The notes under the pieces: generated by a model
The model's input: only the letters and a program-made list of their open reading frames with translations
Told to the model about the DNA's origin: nothing
The model's database searches: none
Virus record (IMG/VR): IMGVR_UViG_3300024322_000001
Direction: 5' to 3' (one strand)
DNA from: a virus
Lineage: Duplodnaviria > Caudoviricetes
Length of the DNA stretch: 64,000 nt
In this document: positions 1-8,950 of the stretch, piece by piece
How the letters are laid out: each line of letters begins with the position of its first letter
Numbering within the stretch: position 1 is the stretch's first letter
Translations under genes and position numbers: made by a program

Positions 1-1915
1 CTTGACGTCTAGATTCTTCTCGCCACTCTTTAAGTTGAGGAAAACCATCTAAGTAACCTTTTACAAGACTTTCAGCAGTTTTTTGATCAACACCTAAGGT
101 CATTTTTAATGCATAAGCTTCCATACCGTATGCAATTCCTAACGAATAAGCTTTAGCCTTATTACGTGCTGGTGCATCTAATTTCTTGAGGTAGTTATCT
201 GCTTTTTTATCTGCGGATACTCCATTCGGAAATCTGCTTTTTTGATCCTCTAATTTTTCAGTCTTTATAGCAACAGTGGAATAGAAGTCCCAACCTTTAT
301 TAAAGATTTCTTGCAAAGCAACATCTCCAGTTACAGATGCAAAGCAATGAGGCTCCAAAGATTCGTAATCAGCATCGATTACTTTCCTACCTTTTCCTGC
401 AGTTAAGAAAGCACGTACTATATTTACGTACTTCATAATAACTGGAGCATCTTCTCCATCTTCTAGAGGTTTAGGTAGTTGCTGAGCATCTGAACCGTAT
501 CTGCCTGATACTGTACCGTTCTGCTTAAAGTAGAAGTAGTATCTACCGTCCTCATGACGGTCTCTAAATCTATCTACATAGGTAGATTTAATCTTTAAAA
601 GTTTATTGTAGATACGTAAATTCTCAGCCCAAGGATACTCTTTTGCTAAGGTTTTTACCATATCCATATCAAACTTAGCTCTACCAGATTTAGTATTAGC
701 ACCTGCTACTTTAGGTTCAATTCCCATATAACCGAAGACTATTTCACCCAAGTGTTTCTTAGACTGAATGTTAATATAATCTCCATCATTAGACTCTTTC
801 CACATTGACATAGAAATACGTGCTTTTTCAACATCCTCTAGAAGGGATTCGTCTCCGGTTATCAGGAATTGCTTGACTGCTTCCTCTTTTTCATTAGAAG
901 GTTCATACGCTTCAATGTTCTTTTGAGTAAGGGAGTACTTACCTGTCTTTTCACTTTTCGGTAGTGCAATAGAATATCGCTGGATTAGGTTTTGAGCCCA
1001 GTTACCTTTGTGAGATACTGGATAGTTAGTCATAGCTGTAGCAACTATCCACTCCTTTACTTCAGGAATAGCAATCAGAGATTTCATTACAATCTCTTTA
1101 TTCTTTTTCTGATCTTCTACTATTTCATTATGGATCTTTTCTAGTAGTTCCATATCTAAATCAACTCCGTATGCTTCCATAGGAACTGTTACTTCTCTGT
1201 ATATAGGCATTACCTCTTCTTCAAAAAAGAAATCCCATAATCCTTCATCTTTTAGTTTACCTAAGTATAGATTACATATACGTAAAGTTAAATCGGTATC
1301 TGCAGATGCATACTTAGATAGTATTTCTAAATCTGCTTTATATATCTGAAAGCTATCCTTGGTAACTGATCCTCCGTTACTTTTAATACTCTCTTTAAGT
1401 TCTATTTGCTCTTCGTTAGCTGCTTTTTCTACATCTAAACCTAAAGCTTCTTGATTCATTATAGCAATAGATTTTAATCCAAAAGGATTACCAAACCCAA
1501 ATGCTCCTTCTTCGTATACCGTATGAACTAGTAAACCTGTATCCACCCATACCGAAGGAAGTAAGTCTACATCAAAGTAATTCTTAATAAACTGAACGTC
1601 AAAGGAAGCATTATGAAATACTAATTTCTTTCCTATAAGAAGTTTAAGTAAGTTTTTAGATATAACCTCTGTCGATTGATCGTTAATCTCTTGAAGTACT
1701 AATTCATCTCTTTCGTAATCAAATACTAAAGTAGGTAGGTAGAAACCTATACCTTCATCTCCGGATACAGACCAACCAATTATTTTATCTTTACGAGGAT
1801 TCAATCCAGTAGTTTCAGTATCGACTGCAATTACATCTGAATCTAAGATATGCTGATGGAGTAGCATTAAAGTTTCCTCATCTTGAACCGTATAATACTT
1901 TTTTTCTAATTTCAT
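1..1915 (-). CDS. polA: DNA polymerase family A with 3'-5' exonuclease (C-terminus runs off the window edge)
   Basis: Not in the ORF track; translated by hand from ATG at 1915 (MKLEKKYYTVQDEETL). ExoI DTETTGL, ExoII FHNASFD, ExoIII YASAD, TVSGR, motif A DADYESLE, motif B RNKAKAYSLGIAYG. Confidence 0.95.
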   Translation of the reverse strand, partial: MKLEKKYYTVQDEETLMLLHQHILDSDVIAVDTETTGLNPRKDKIIGWSVSGDEGIGFYLPTLVFDYERDELVLQEINDQSTEVISKNLLKLLIGKKLVFHNASFDVQFIKNYFDVDLLPSVWVDTGLLVHTVYEEGAFGFGNPFGLKSIAIMNQEALGLDVEKAANEEQIELKESIKSNGGSVTKDSFQIYKADLEILSKYASADTDLTLRICNLYLGKLKDEGLWDFFFEEEVMPIYREVTVPMEAYGVDLDMELLEKIHNEIVEDQKKNKEIVMKSLIAIPEVKEWIVATAMTNYPVSHKGNWAQNLIQRYSIALPKSEKTGKYSLTQKNIEAYEPSNEKEEAVKQFLITGDESLLEDVEKARISMSMWKESNDGDYINIQSKKHLGEIVFGYMGIEPKVAGANTKSGRAKFDMDMVKTLAKEYPWAENLRIYNKLLKIKSTYVDRFRDRHEDGRYYFYFKQNGTVSGRYGSDAQQLPKPLEDGEDAPVIMKYVNIVRAFLTAGKGRKVIDADYESLEPHCFASVTGDVALQEIFNKGWDFYSTVAIKTEKLEDQKSRFPNGVSADKKADNYLKKLDAPARNKAKAYSLGIAYGMEAYALKMTLGVDQKTAESLVKGYLDGFPQLKEWREESRRQ

Positions 1916-1918
1916 ATA

Positions 1919-2215
1919 TTACTCAAATTTCATTCTAAATACGTTAATTGACATTCCTGATTCTTCTAGAGCTTCGTTAGTTGCCTTTACCATATTGTCT
2001 CCATATGTGTAAATTCCTTCTTCTCCTCCAGTTAGAACTCCTATGACTTCTCTCTCTTTGAACCCGATAGCACTTATAGTTCTTCCAAACTCTTCTGCAA
2101 TCAATGCTCGAACTGTTTTGATATCTTTAGTTTTTAGTAACGTAAAATACCGTTTAAAATAGAGGCGGCATTCTTCTAACGGCCACTCTTGATAATGATT
2201 TACTGCTTTTGACAT
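1919..2215 (-). CDS. hypothetical protein
   Basis: 98-aa ORF co-oriented with neighbours, preceded by a promoter-like motif at 2233-2263. Confidence 0.7.
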   Translation of the reverse strand: MSKAVNHYQEWPLEECRLYFKRYFTLLKTKDIKTVRALIAEEFGRTISAIGFKEREVIGVLTGGEEGIYTYGDNMVKATNEALEESGMSINVFRMKFE

Positions 2216-2241
2216 AACCTTTGTTTTATATTAATATACGA

Positions 2242-2829
2242 TTAATTTTCTTTTCTACCAAACATAAACGTGTTTATATTCTTTAATTCTGCTTCAATAT
2301 GATTTATTCCTGCTTTTCCACAACCAGATAAAGGGATTACGGTTAAATGTACTCTACCGCTATACCATTTTGAAAGTTTTAAACAAGTATTCTGGGCTTC
2401 AATTCCTAAAGTATTAGTAGATTTATATACATTTCTACCAATCAAATGTTGACCTATTCTCTGCTGTCCGTTACCTAATTTAGAACCAATATACATTACA
2501 TCGGCTACTGAATGGTTAATTCTTAAACCAGGAGTAGTACCAAATCCTTTTTTAATTACAGAATGATTTTCAATATCTTCTCTTGTAAGTTTATCTGCTG
2601 CTTCAAAGATATAAACAATAGGAGTTTTAGTACCTACCTTTTCTTCAAATCTATTATAAAATTTTATAAATTTTTCTGGGTTATCAGCTAGTTCTTTTGG
2701 ACTGATATACCTCCAATGTATGGGGTCGTATTTTAGACTTTCGCTATAAAGTCTAGATGCACGTTTCTTATCTTCATAAGCATTTTTTGCTTGTGCATCT
2801 GCTACTTCAATTGATAATTCTTTAATCAT
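2242..2829 (-). CDS. putative GIY-YIG-like nuclease
   Basis: IVYIF...VMYIGSK...RIGQH...IE spacing resembles the GIY-YIG motifs with the catalytic Arg and Glu. Confidence 0.45.
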   Translation of the reverse strand: MIKELSIEVADAQAKNAYEDKKRASRLYSESLKYDPIHWRYISPKELADNPEKFIKFYNRFEEKVGTKTPIVYIFEAADKLTREDIENHSVIKKGFGTTPGLRINHSVADVMYIGSKLGNGQQRIGQHLIGRNVYKSTNTLGIEAQNTCLKLSKWYSGRVHLTVIPLSGCGKAGINHIEAELKNINTFMFGRKEN

Positions 2830-2874
2830 ATAACCTTTATTTTCCCAATTATTTATATCTAAATATAAGAAATA

Positions 2875-3045
2875 TTATGCAGAAAACCAACTAATTAGTA
2901 TGTTAATTACTATAAAAAGGTTAGTTAAGACTGCTTGAATAACTATAAATGTTCTAAACCAAGCAATCTTATCCGCCTCTTTATTATCTCCTACTTTCTC
3001 TCCTAACGCTTTTGCCCAAAGTCGCCACCATTTAGTATTCGCCAT
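2875..3045 (-). CDS. small membrane protein (56 aa)
   Basis: Hand-translated MANTKWWRLWAKALGEKVGDNKEADKIAWFRTFIVIQAVLTNLFIVINILISWFSA; fills the gap between genes; hydrophobic C-terminus; below the ORF-track cutoff. Confidence 0.7.
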   Translation of the reverse strand: MANTKWWRLWAKALGEKVGDNKEADKIAWFRTFIVIQAVLTNLFIVINILISWFSA

Positions 3046-3304
3046 ATAAATCGAACTTCATGGGTTCTTCAGGTTCTACCTCTATTTCGTGCTTCTTAAC
3101 AGCATATAACTTTCCAGCCAAGGGAGCTAATCTGTATTCTCCTTTAAATTTAGTTTTTCTCATATACATTGTTAATGCCATTACTAAACCTTCTATAGTA
3201 GAGCCTTCATCGATAACTAGTTCCCAATTGTCTCCCGGTGGTACCCTCAAGGCAATGAGTTCGTTTTCTTCTTCTATTAATGTTTCAATTGCTTCTTTTG
3301 CCAT
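3032..3304 (-). CDS. hypothetical protein
   Basis: 90-aa ORF overlapping both neighbours. Confidence 0.65.
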   Translation of the reverse strand: MAKEAIETLIEEENELIALRVPPGDNWELVIDEGSTIEGLVMALTMYMRKTKFKGEYRLAPLAGKLYAVKKHEIEVEPEEPMKFDLYGEY

Positions 3305-3494
3305 TAAAATATTCTTTTAAAAATTCTTCTCTATACAACATTACTTTACCTTTATAAGCTTTATTGCTTACGAACCTAGTATTTACAGGTTCTTTTGCTG
3401 ATTTAGCAGCTTTATAAACTTCTTCTCCAAGCTTTATACCTGCTGCATATCCTAAATGATCGTATAAGGATACTGAAGCTTGTTCTTTTATCAT
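3285..3494 (-). CDS. hypothetical protein
   Basis: 69-aa ORF; its start overlaps the queF stop codon. Confidence 0.65.
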   Translation of the reverse strand: MIKEQASVSLYDHLGYAAGIKLGEEVYKAAKSAKEPVNTRFVSNKAYKGKVMLYREEFLKEYFNGKRSN

Positions 3495-4405
3495 TACTGT
3501 CTAAGAGTTTTAGAAATTCTAAAATCTGTGTCTGTAAAGAAATCTGGTATAAATCTCGAATGGGTAGCTCTAATAGGATTAATATCTAAACCACCTCTTC
3601 TAGTATATAGACAAGCAACCATTAAATCATCAGGTTTATACGCATCCATTAAATGCTTAAATACCATTTCACATATTTCCTCATGAAAATGGCTTACCGT
3701 TCTATGAGATACAATATACTTAGCTAACGAAGCTACATCAGGTACATCTCTACCGTTAATTCTTATAAATACATCTCCCCAATCTGGTTGATTAGTAACC
3801 CTACAGTTAGATCTAAGTAAATTTGATTTTAACTTAACCTCGATAGGATCGTCTGAGTTATCTTCAACTGTTAGTTGATCTGAATCTGATTTAAATGCGG
3901 TAAAGTCTATTTCATCTAAATCTACTATATCACCTAAATCTGTATATCCTTCAAAAGATAATTCTTTGCCATCATCTAAATCAGTGTAAAAACTCACAGT
4001 AGTATTAGTTTCAAGTAACTTATCTAAATCAGCTTTTACCCTTCCCTCAATCTCTAAAATACATTCTACAGCTGTATCTCCTAATCTAGTCATATTAAAA
4101 GAATTTAAATATAGCTTAATAGATTTAGATTCCACGTGATATTCAGAATCTGAAGGGCATACTATTTTTAACATACCTGCTACAGGTAATCCTTTACTAG
4201 TAATAGCCGAAACTTCGTAACAGTTCCAGGTATCTACTCCAACAAAGTCTTTATCTGTCAAACCGTAACCTTCTCTATTTAAGTATCGAGGTACTTTAAC
4301 TAATAATTCTGGAGCGTAGGTATCTTTATACCCGTCTCCTCCTACTTTTCCTAAATGTTTAGACGCTATGTCTACTACTTCTTGATAATTTTTAACTTCT
4401 GCCAT
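3494..4405 (-). CDS. queF: NADPH-dependent preQ0 reductase, bimodular (type II) QueF
   Basis: QueF motif ESKSIKLYLNSF, catalytic region LRSNCRVTNQPDWG, FHEEICE, YTRRGGLDINP. Confidence 0.95.
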   Translation of the reverse strand: MAEVKNYQEVVDIASKHLGKVGGDGYKDTYAPELLVKVPRYLNREGYGLTDKDFVGVDTWNCYEVSAITSKGLPVAGMLKIVCPSDSEYHVESKSIKLYLNSFNMTRLGDTAVECILEIEGRVKADLDKLLETNTTVSFYTDLDDGKELSFEGYTDLGDIVDLDEIDFTAFKSDSDQLTVEDNSDDPIEVKLKSNLLRSNCRVTNQPDWGDVFIRINGRDVPDVASLAKYIVSHRTVSHFHEEICEMVFKHLMDAYKPDDLMVACLYTRRGGLDINPIRATHSRFIPDFFTDTDFRISKTLRQ

Positions 4406-4410
4406 TTTTT

Positions 4411-5016
4411 TTATTCTTTAATATAATCAATCCAATTAGTTCCTTTTGTATCTCTATTAGGAAATACAAATTTTCGTTTAATATCGCCAATAGTAATAGT
4501 CTTAATAAAACTAGAAGGTACCGTAGCACCAGTTCTTAATACTTCTGACTCGTCTGTAAATACTAACTCCACTCTTACATGTATATCAGTATTAAAAAAT
4601 TTAGCTGCATCTCTTTCAAATGCTTCTAATCTACTCCACTGTCCCCTATTTAACCCTTCGTGCTGTAATGCAGAATTAAAGTAAGAAAACGTGCTTCGTA
4701 AGGATTCTTCAGTACAGCTAAAAGAAGCTGCAGGAGCAAGGTGTCCTTTATCCCAAATATTGTTTTTATAGTCCTCATTATCGGATGTATCATAACCTTC
4801 CGGAATCCAAAAATCCATTCCATGTCTAGATTCCTTACCGTTAGGGCAAGTTATAGTATACTCCACCCATAATGGCTGTTGTAGTTTTTGATCGTACTCT
4901 ACTTTAAATGTTTCAGTTTCTACTATCTGTGCATTTAACGTTGATGTTACAAATATTGTTATAAAAAATATTATTGCAAATAATAATAATTTTTCTGAAG
5001 ATTCTAATTTATTCAT
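4411..5016 (-). CDS. DNA/RNA non-specific endonuclease (NucA/EndoG family) with signal peptide
   Basis: WDKGHLAPAA (DRGH-like), NSALQHEGLNRGQWSRLE, VP motif; hydrophobic N-terminus ending LNA|Q. Confidence 0.9.
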   Translation of the reverse strand: MNKLESSEKLLLFAIIFFITIFVTSTLNAQIVETETFKVEYDQKLQQPLWVEYTITCPNGKESRHGMDFWIPEGYDTSDNEDYKNNIWDKGHLAPAASFSCTEESLRSTFSYFNSALQHEGLNRGQWSRLEAFERDAAKFFNTDIHVRVELVFTDESEVLRTGATVPSSFIKTITIGDIKRKFVFPNRDTKGTNWIDYIKE

Positions 5017-5531
5017 TTTATAAATTCCATTATTTGTTCTACTCTTTGCATAGGAGAACCAGTTATAGTGAGATAAGGCTGACGTACACCTTCTAACACT
5101 GCTTGAAACTCATCATCTACTTCTTTTCTCCATTCTTCACTTATACTTCTTACTCCATCATCTACAGAATCAAATTCAATAGGAAAGTAAATATAATGAG
5201 TATATTCATTTTTTACCCTATTCCAAGTATCTTCTATATAGCTGTAAGTATGTGAAGTTACTCCTTTCATAAACTTAGTATAAACTACCACATCCATATA
5301 ACATCTATCTAATACTAAGTTATAAGGTTGAAGTAAAGCTTCTAAATGAAAGCTACTAATAGCTAACTGAGTAGCACAAGTACCTTCTTCGTTGATAGGA
5401 AATCCATAACTACCAACAGTTCTAGTAGATTCGTTTACGAATTCATATTTAGGTAATTTATTTTTAAGTAGTTCATAAACAGTAGTCTTACCTGTACTAC
5501 TTGCTCCTACTAATGCTATTCTTGTTATCAT
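5013..5531 (-). CDS. P-loop nucleotide kinase-like protein (AAA_28/dNMP kinase-like)
   Basis: GASSTGKTT Walker A, LDRC, DDGVR; typical NMP/dNMP-kinase-like layout. Confidence 0.75.
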   Translation of the reverse strand: MITRIALVGASSTGKTTVYELLKNKLPKYEFVNESTRTVGSYGFPINEEGTCATQLAISSFHLEALLQPYNLVLDRCYMDVVVYTKFMKGVTSHTYSYIEDTWNRVKNEYTHYIYFPIEFDSVDDGVRSISEEWRKEVDDEFQAVLEGVRQPYLTITGSPMQRVEQIMEFIK

Positions 5532-5676
5532 AAAACCTATTTAATGTATTATACATACCTGCTATTCCAAAGTCAGCACCATATTTTTTATTTTGATCTA
5601 AAAAAAACATCATTAATCTTTGAAATGAATTACCTTCACTTTTTCTTACTAAATAAAATTCTTTATCTATATTCAT
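5497..5676 (-). CDS. hypothetical protein (59 aa)
   Basis: Hand-translated MNIDKEFYLVRKSEGNSFQRLMMFFLDQNKK...; fills the gap between dpdN and the kinase. Confidence 0.5.
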   Translation of the reverse strand: MNIDKEFYLVRKSEGNSFQRLMMFFLDQNKKYGADFGIAGMYNTLNRFYDNKNSISRSK

Positions 5677-5679
5677 TTT

Positions 5680-6222
5680 CTATAAAATTTGTCTCAAAAA
5701 ATTGCACCACATATACAAGCTTCTATCTCTTAATATACGAAATAAATCATCTAATTCCAACTGAAAAGTATTAAATTTTTCTTCAGCAATAATTCTTCCT
5801 TCATCAACCTCAGCTACTACTTTATGCAATACTGCACCTGCTGTAGGATATTTACCTTCTTTAATACCTTCGAAAGCTCTTACTTGAGGATCTTTACCTT
5901 TCAGTTCTGGATATTCAGTTATGAGCCCTGGATGCCCATTATAGATAAGGTATTTTCTACATATAGAAGGAGGCATAACTCTTAACCACCCGTGTAAAGT
6001 AACTAAAGCATTATCTTCTAACACTACATCATAATCCTCTACTGATGGTTTATTCGGCAGGAAAATAATATCCATATCGAGTAATTCATCATTTATTTTT
6101 CTTAAATGCTCAGGTCTTTGATTAGTAATTATTTTATCAGGCCATCTACCAAATGCCTTTGCTATATCTACTATTTCAGTCCCTGTCTGACTAAAGAATG
6201 CTATCCAAAGTTTGTCTCCCAT
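5680..6222 (-). CDS. dpdN: PurN-like formyltransferase, putative dPreQ1 formyltransferase DpdN
   Basis: FFSQTGTE (PurN SGxGSN equivalent), LHGWLRVM, NGHPGL (catalytic N/H), HKVVAEVDEG (catalytic D); adjacent to the DpdA-like gene. Confidence 0.8.
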   Translation of the reverse strand: MGDKLWIAFFSQTGTEIVDIAKAFGRWPDKIITNQRPEHLRKINDELLDMDIIFLPNKPSVEDYDVVLEDNALVTLHGWLRVMPPSICRKYLIYNGHPGLITEYPELKGKDPQVRAFEGIKEGKYPTAGAVLHKVVAEVDEGRIIAEEKFNTFQLELDDLFRILRDRSLYMWCNFLRQIL

Positions 6223-7018
6223 TTGTAAACCATCTAAATTTTTGTATATTATTTTTAATTGTACCTAATTGCTCTATTGATATATCAGAGTTAATAAGTT
6301 CATGTAATTTTTGTCTCTCTTTAGACCATAATCCGTCTGATCTATATGTTATATTTTTAATACCGTGAACTACAGGATTTGAAGTATCTAAAGAGTATAT
6401 CCAGTCGTAATCAGAGTGCTTATAAAAACTAAATTCTTGAGGAAGCCCACAGCCGAGGAGATGATGAGGTTTAGTTTGATTAATTACTCCATCTCTAAGT
6501 AAGTCTCCTAGTAGCTTAACACGTCCTAGCATCCAACTAACATACTTGTTAGCATGAGGAACTGACTGTGTGTAGTACGAGTAATCAAAAGAAATAGCTA
6601 TCATATCTACATCTGCTGATTTATTCATATAGTTGTAGCAATCTACAATTTCATCATAGGATTTACCTTGTACTACACCTATTTTACCGCTTCCCTTATA
6701 TCCATACCCTTTATTAATCCAATCCTCCATCTGATCGCATGTTTTTTGAGCATCTTCCAAAGCATCTGGAACTATATACCAGGAAGGTTTAAGTTCGTTA
6801 ACCCATCTATTAAATTTATCTGCATCGAAAGCTTCTTCTAATTCAAAAATAGAATTATCTAAAATAACCTCTCTACCTTTACTTACTGCTTTTTTAAATT
6901 GAGCCAAGTATTCTTCATCTTCTTCAAATAAATGTACTAAAGCGTAATCGTAGTCTGTATACTTTTGAACTTCATCAAAAATACTTTTAGGACTTTCGTG
7001 TGCAATTTTTATATTCAT
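6191..7018 (-). CDS. dpdA: TGT-fold 7-deazaguanine transglycosylase, DpdA3-like
   Basis: ILDNSIFE, IVPD, GVVQG, HHLLG and SLDTSNP match the TGT/DpdA barrel motifs; lies within the que cluster. Confidence 0.75.
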   Translation of the reverse strand: MNIKIAHESPKSIFDEVQKYTDYDYALVHLFEEDEEYLAQFKKAVSKGREVILDNSIFELEEAFDADKFNRWVNELKPSWYIVPDALEDAQKTCDQMEDWINKGYGYKGSGKIGVVQGKSYDEIVDCYNYMNKSADVDMIAISFDYSYYTQSVPHANKYVSWMLGRVKLLGDLLRDGVINQTKPHHLLGCGLPQEFSFYKHSDYDWIYSLDTSNPVVHGIKNITYRSDGLWSKERQKLHELINSDISIEQLGTIKNNIQKFRWFTNGRQTLDSIL

Positions 7019-7036
7019 ATAACTTATTTTTGATTT

Positions 7037-7237
7037 TTACTCTTTACCTTCCTTAAACGTATCGTCTAAAATATTTGAAATATATCTTACATAGCCGTCT
7101 AATTTATTCATTTCCGTATTAAGTTTTTTATCATACGTGAATACTTCTTTGACAGCCTGTTGAGCAATTTCTAGCGGCACATATTCTTTTCCGTCTACTG
7201 TTATAATGTAATCCTCTAAATTAGTACCCTTACTCAT
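7037..7237 (-). CDS. hypothetical protein
   Basis: 66-aa ORF within the operon. Confidence 0.6.
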   Translation of the reverse strand: MSKGTNLEDYIITVDGKEYVPLEIAQQAVKEVFTYDKKLNTEMNKLDGYVRYISNILDDTFKEGKE

Positions 7238-7733
7238 TGAAAAACTTTTTTAAATTAGGTCTAAAGTAATTAACTGATTTCATTACTTTTCTATCTCTTG
7301 TTCTGTATACAATATACAAGTCTTCTACTTTTTCATAATGACATTCTTCATTATAAGCTTTAGACCTGACGGCGACAGTTTCTTTTGCTTCTTCTTCAGT
7401 TTTACAAGCTTTAGACATATTAGAAGCCTGTACCTCTTGATATGCTGGCCATATCTTATCCTTAAGGCCGTGTAACATAGTACCGTTCCCAAGGGAAACA
7501 TAAGCAATGTCGCACAAAGCGTCCAAAACTTCAACGATGTCTCCGTTCTCACACGCTTCTCTATATTCTTCAAGCTCTTCGAGTATAAAGTCATATACGA
7601 ACTGCCACTCTTTCTTCTCTGGTATAGTCGGTTCATAGTTATTTGGTTTGCCAAATGTGGCATTAAATTCTTCTACTTCAGAAACAAATGGTACGTAATC
7701 TGTTTCTCGGAATAATGATAGTTGTTTACCCAT
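7230..7733 (-). CDS. MazG-like all-alpha NTP pyrophosphatase (DR2231/PRA-PH type)
   Basis: EELEEY, EVLDALCDIAYV and SNMSK motifs. Confidence 0.85.
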   Translation of the reverse strand: MGKQLSLFRETDYVPFVSEVEEFNATFGKPNNYEPTIPEKKEWQFVYDFILEELEEYREACENGDIVEVLDALCDIAYVSLGNGTMLHGLKDKIWPAYQEVQASNMSKACKTEEEAKETVAVRSKAYNEECHYEKVEDLYIVYRTRDRKVMKSVNYFRPNLKKFFNE

Positions 7734-8169
7734 TTTTACTCATTTTTTTCCACCAATCTGTTTTATTGATGAGTTGTTTTTCTTTTCTGTCTACTAAATC
7801 GTCTAAATGATCGTATATACCACGATCCCAATCGTCTTGATATCTAATGATATCATCTTCTCCGAAATAATCTCCGGTTTGCACTTCTATAAATTGTACT
7901 GGTTTATCAGTTTTATTCCAAGCTCTATGTTTACTGCAGCAAGGTATGGTTATAGATTCACCAGGATTATCTAGAGAGTATTCATCACCATCTCTAATGA
8001 CAGTTAACTCTCCACTTACTAGAGTCCATTGCTCTTGTCTCTTCTCATGAGACTGATAGGATAATCTCTTACCTGGAGCTACGGTGATTAGTTTAACTTT
8101 AGTAAAGTCAGTATCTAATAGTACATCGTAGCAACCCCAAGGTCTTTCATCGTGTTCTAATGATTGCAT
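7726..8169 (-). CDS. cupin, phosphomannose isomerase type II C-terminal-like
   Basis: ERPWGCY, LSYQSHEKRQEQW, IEVQTGDYFGEDDIIRYQDDW. Confidence 0.85.
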   Translation of the reverse strand: MQSLEHDERPWGCYDVLLDTDFTKVKLITVAPGKRLSYQSHEKRQEQWTLVSGELTVIRDGDEYSLDNPGESITIPCCSKHRAWNKTDKPVQFIEVQTGDYFGEDDIIRYQDDWDRGIYDHLDDLVDRKEKQLINKTDWWKKMSKNG

Positions 8170-8870
8170 TTCTCTGCTAATTCTATATTCTTATAAAACT
8201 CAGCTTTAGCTGATGGTTCATCTAAAAAGGCTCCAGTTAGTTTAGCTGTTTGCATTGATGCTCCTCCATGCTTAACTCCTCTACAGGAAACACAAGCGTG
8301 AGTTGCATTAACTTGAACTGCTACTCCTAAATTGCCTTCACATATCTTATCTACTGCATTATGTATAGCTACAGTTAACTGCTCTTGAATAGCTCCTCTT
8401 CTACCGAATTGTTCTACTATTCTATTTAGTTTAGATAGTCCTACTACCTTACCATCTTCTGAAGCTATATAAGCAATACTTACTGTGCCTCTAATAGCTT
8501 GATGATGATGCGAACACATAGACGTTACTGGTATGTTACTCTCTTGTACGATACCGTCATACCCGTCTGAAGGAAAAGCTGTAATCTTATCTAAAGGGCT
8601 ATATCTTCCAGCCCATAAATCGTTAACATATGCTTTAGCTACCCTAAATGGTGTATCTGCAGAGTTAGGATCTGCTGCATAATCACATCCTAAAGCGGTA
8701 AGGAACTCTGCATAAGCCTTTGCTGCTCTTTCTATAATTACTTGTTTTTCATGATCAGTAAGTCTTGCTTCTGGTCCTTCCAGCTTTTGTTTTTCTGCTA
8801 ATTGAGTTGAAATACCGTTAGCGAAACCGGCTTTTACTAATTCTGTTCCTTTTATAAACTTTTTTGGCAT
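8157..8870 (-). CDS. folE: GTP cyclohydrolase I
   Basis: TPFRVAKAY, SMCSHH, GLSKLNR, QEQLT, HACVSCRG. Confidence 0.96.
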   Translation of the reverse strand: MPKKFIKGTELVKAGFANGISTQLAEKQKLEGPEARLTDHEKQVIIERAAKAYAEFLTALGCDYAADPNSADTPFRVAKAYVNDLWAGRYSPLDKITAFPSDGYDGIVQESNIPVTSMCSHHHQAIRGTVSIAYIASEDGKVVGLSKLNRIVEQFGRRGAIQEQLTVAIHNAVDKICEGNLGVAVQVNATHACVSCRGVKHGGASMQTAKLTGAFLDEPSAKAEFYKNIELAEKCNH

Positions 8871-8878
8871 AATATAAT

Positions 8879-8908
8879 TTATGTTTTTATTGAGGTTCTA
8901 CGACTCAT
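8879..8908 (-). ncRNA. putative preQ1-I riboswitch aptamer in the folE leader
   Basis: A-UGAG-UCGUAGAAC-CUCA-AUAAAAACAUA: P1 stem, UCG..AG..AC loop and A-rich tail. Sits between the promoter and the folE AUG. Confidence 0.7.
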
Positions 8909-8919
8909 TACTATAACTT

Positions 8920-8950
8920 AATATAAGAACTTTTATTCATTAATCCAAAT
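8920..8950 (-). promoter_or_regulatory. Bacteroidota sigma-type promoter (TTG-N20-TATATT) upstream of folE
   Basis: ATTTG-N20-TATATT; the same 31-bp spacing recurs at about 11 other gene starts. Confidence 0.7.

Noticed and set aside
7325-7663. 112-aa alternative-frame ORF inside the MazG-like gene
   Set aside because: Fully nested, low-complexity basic sequence with no initiation signal.
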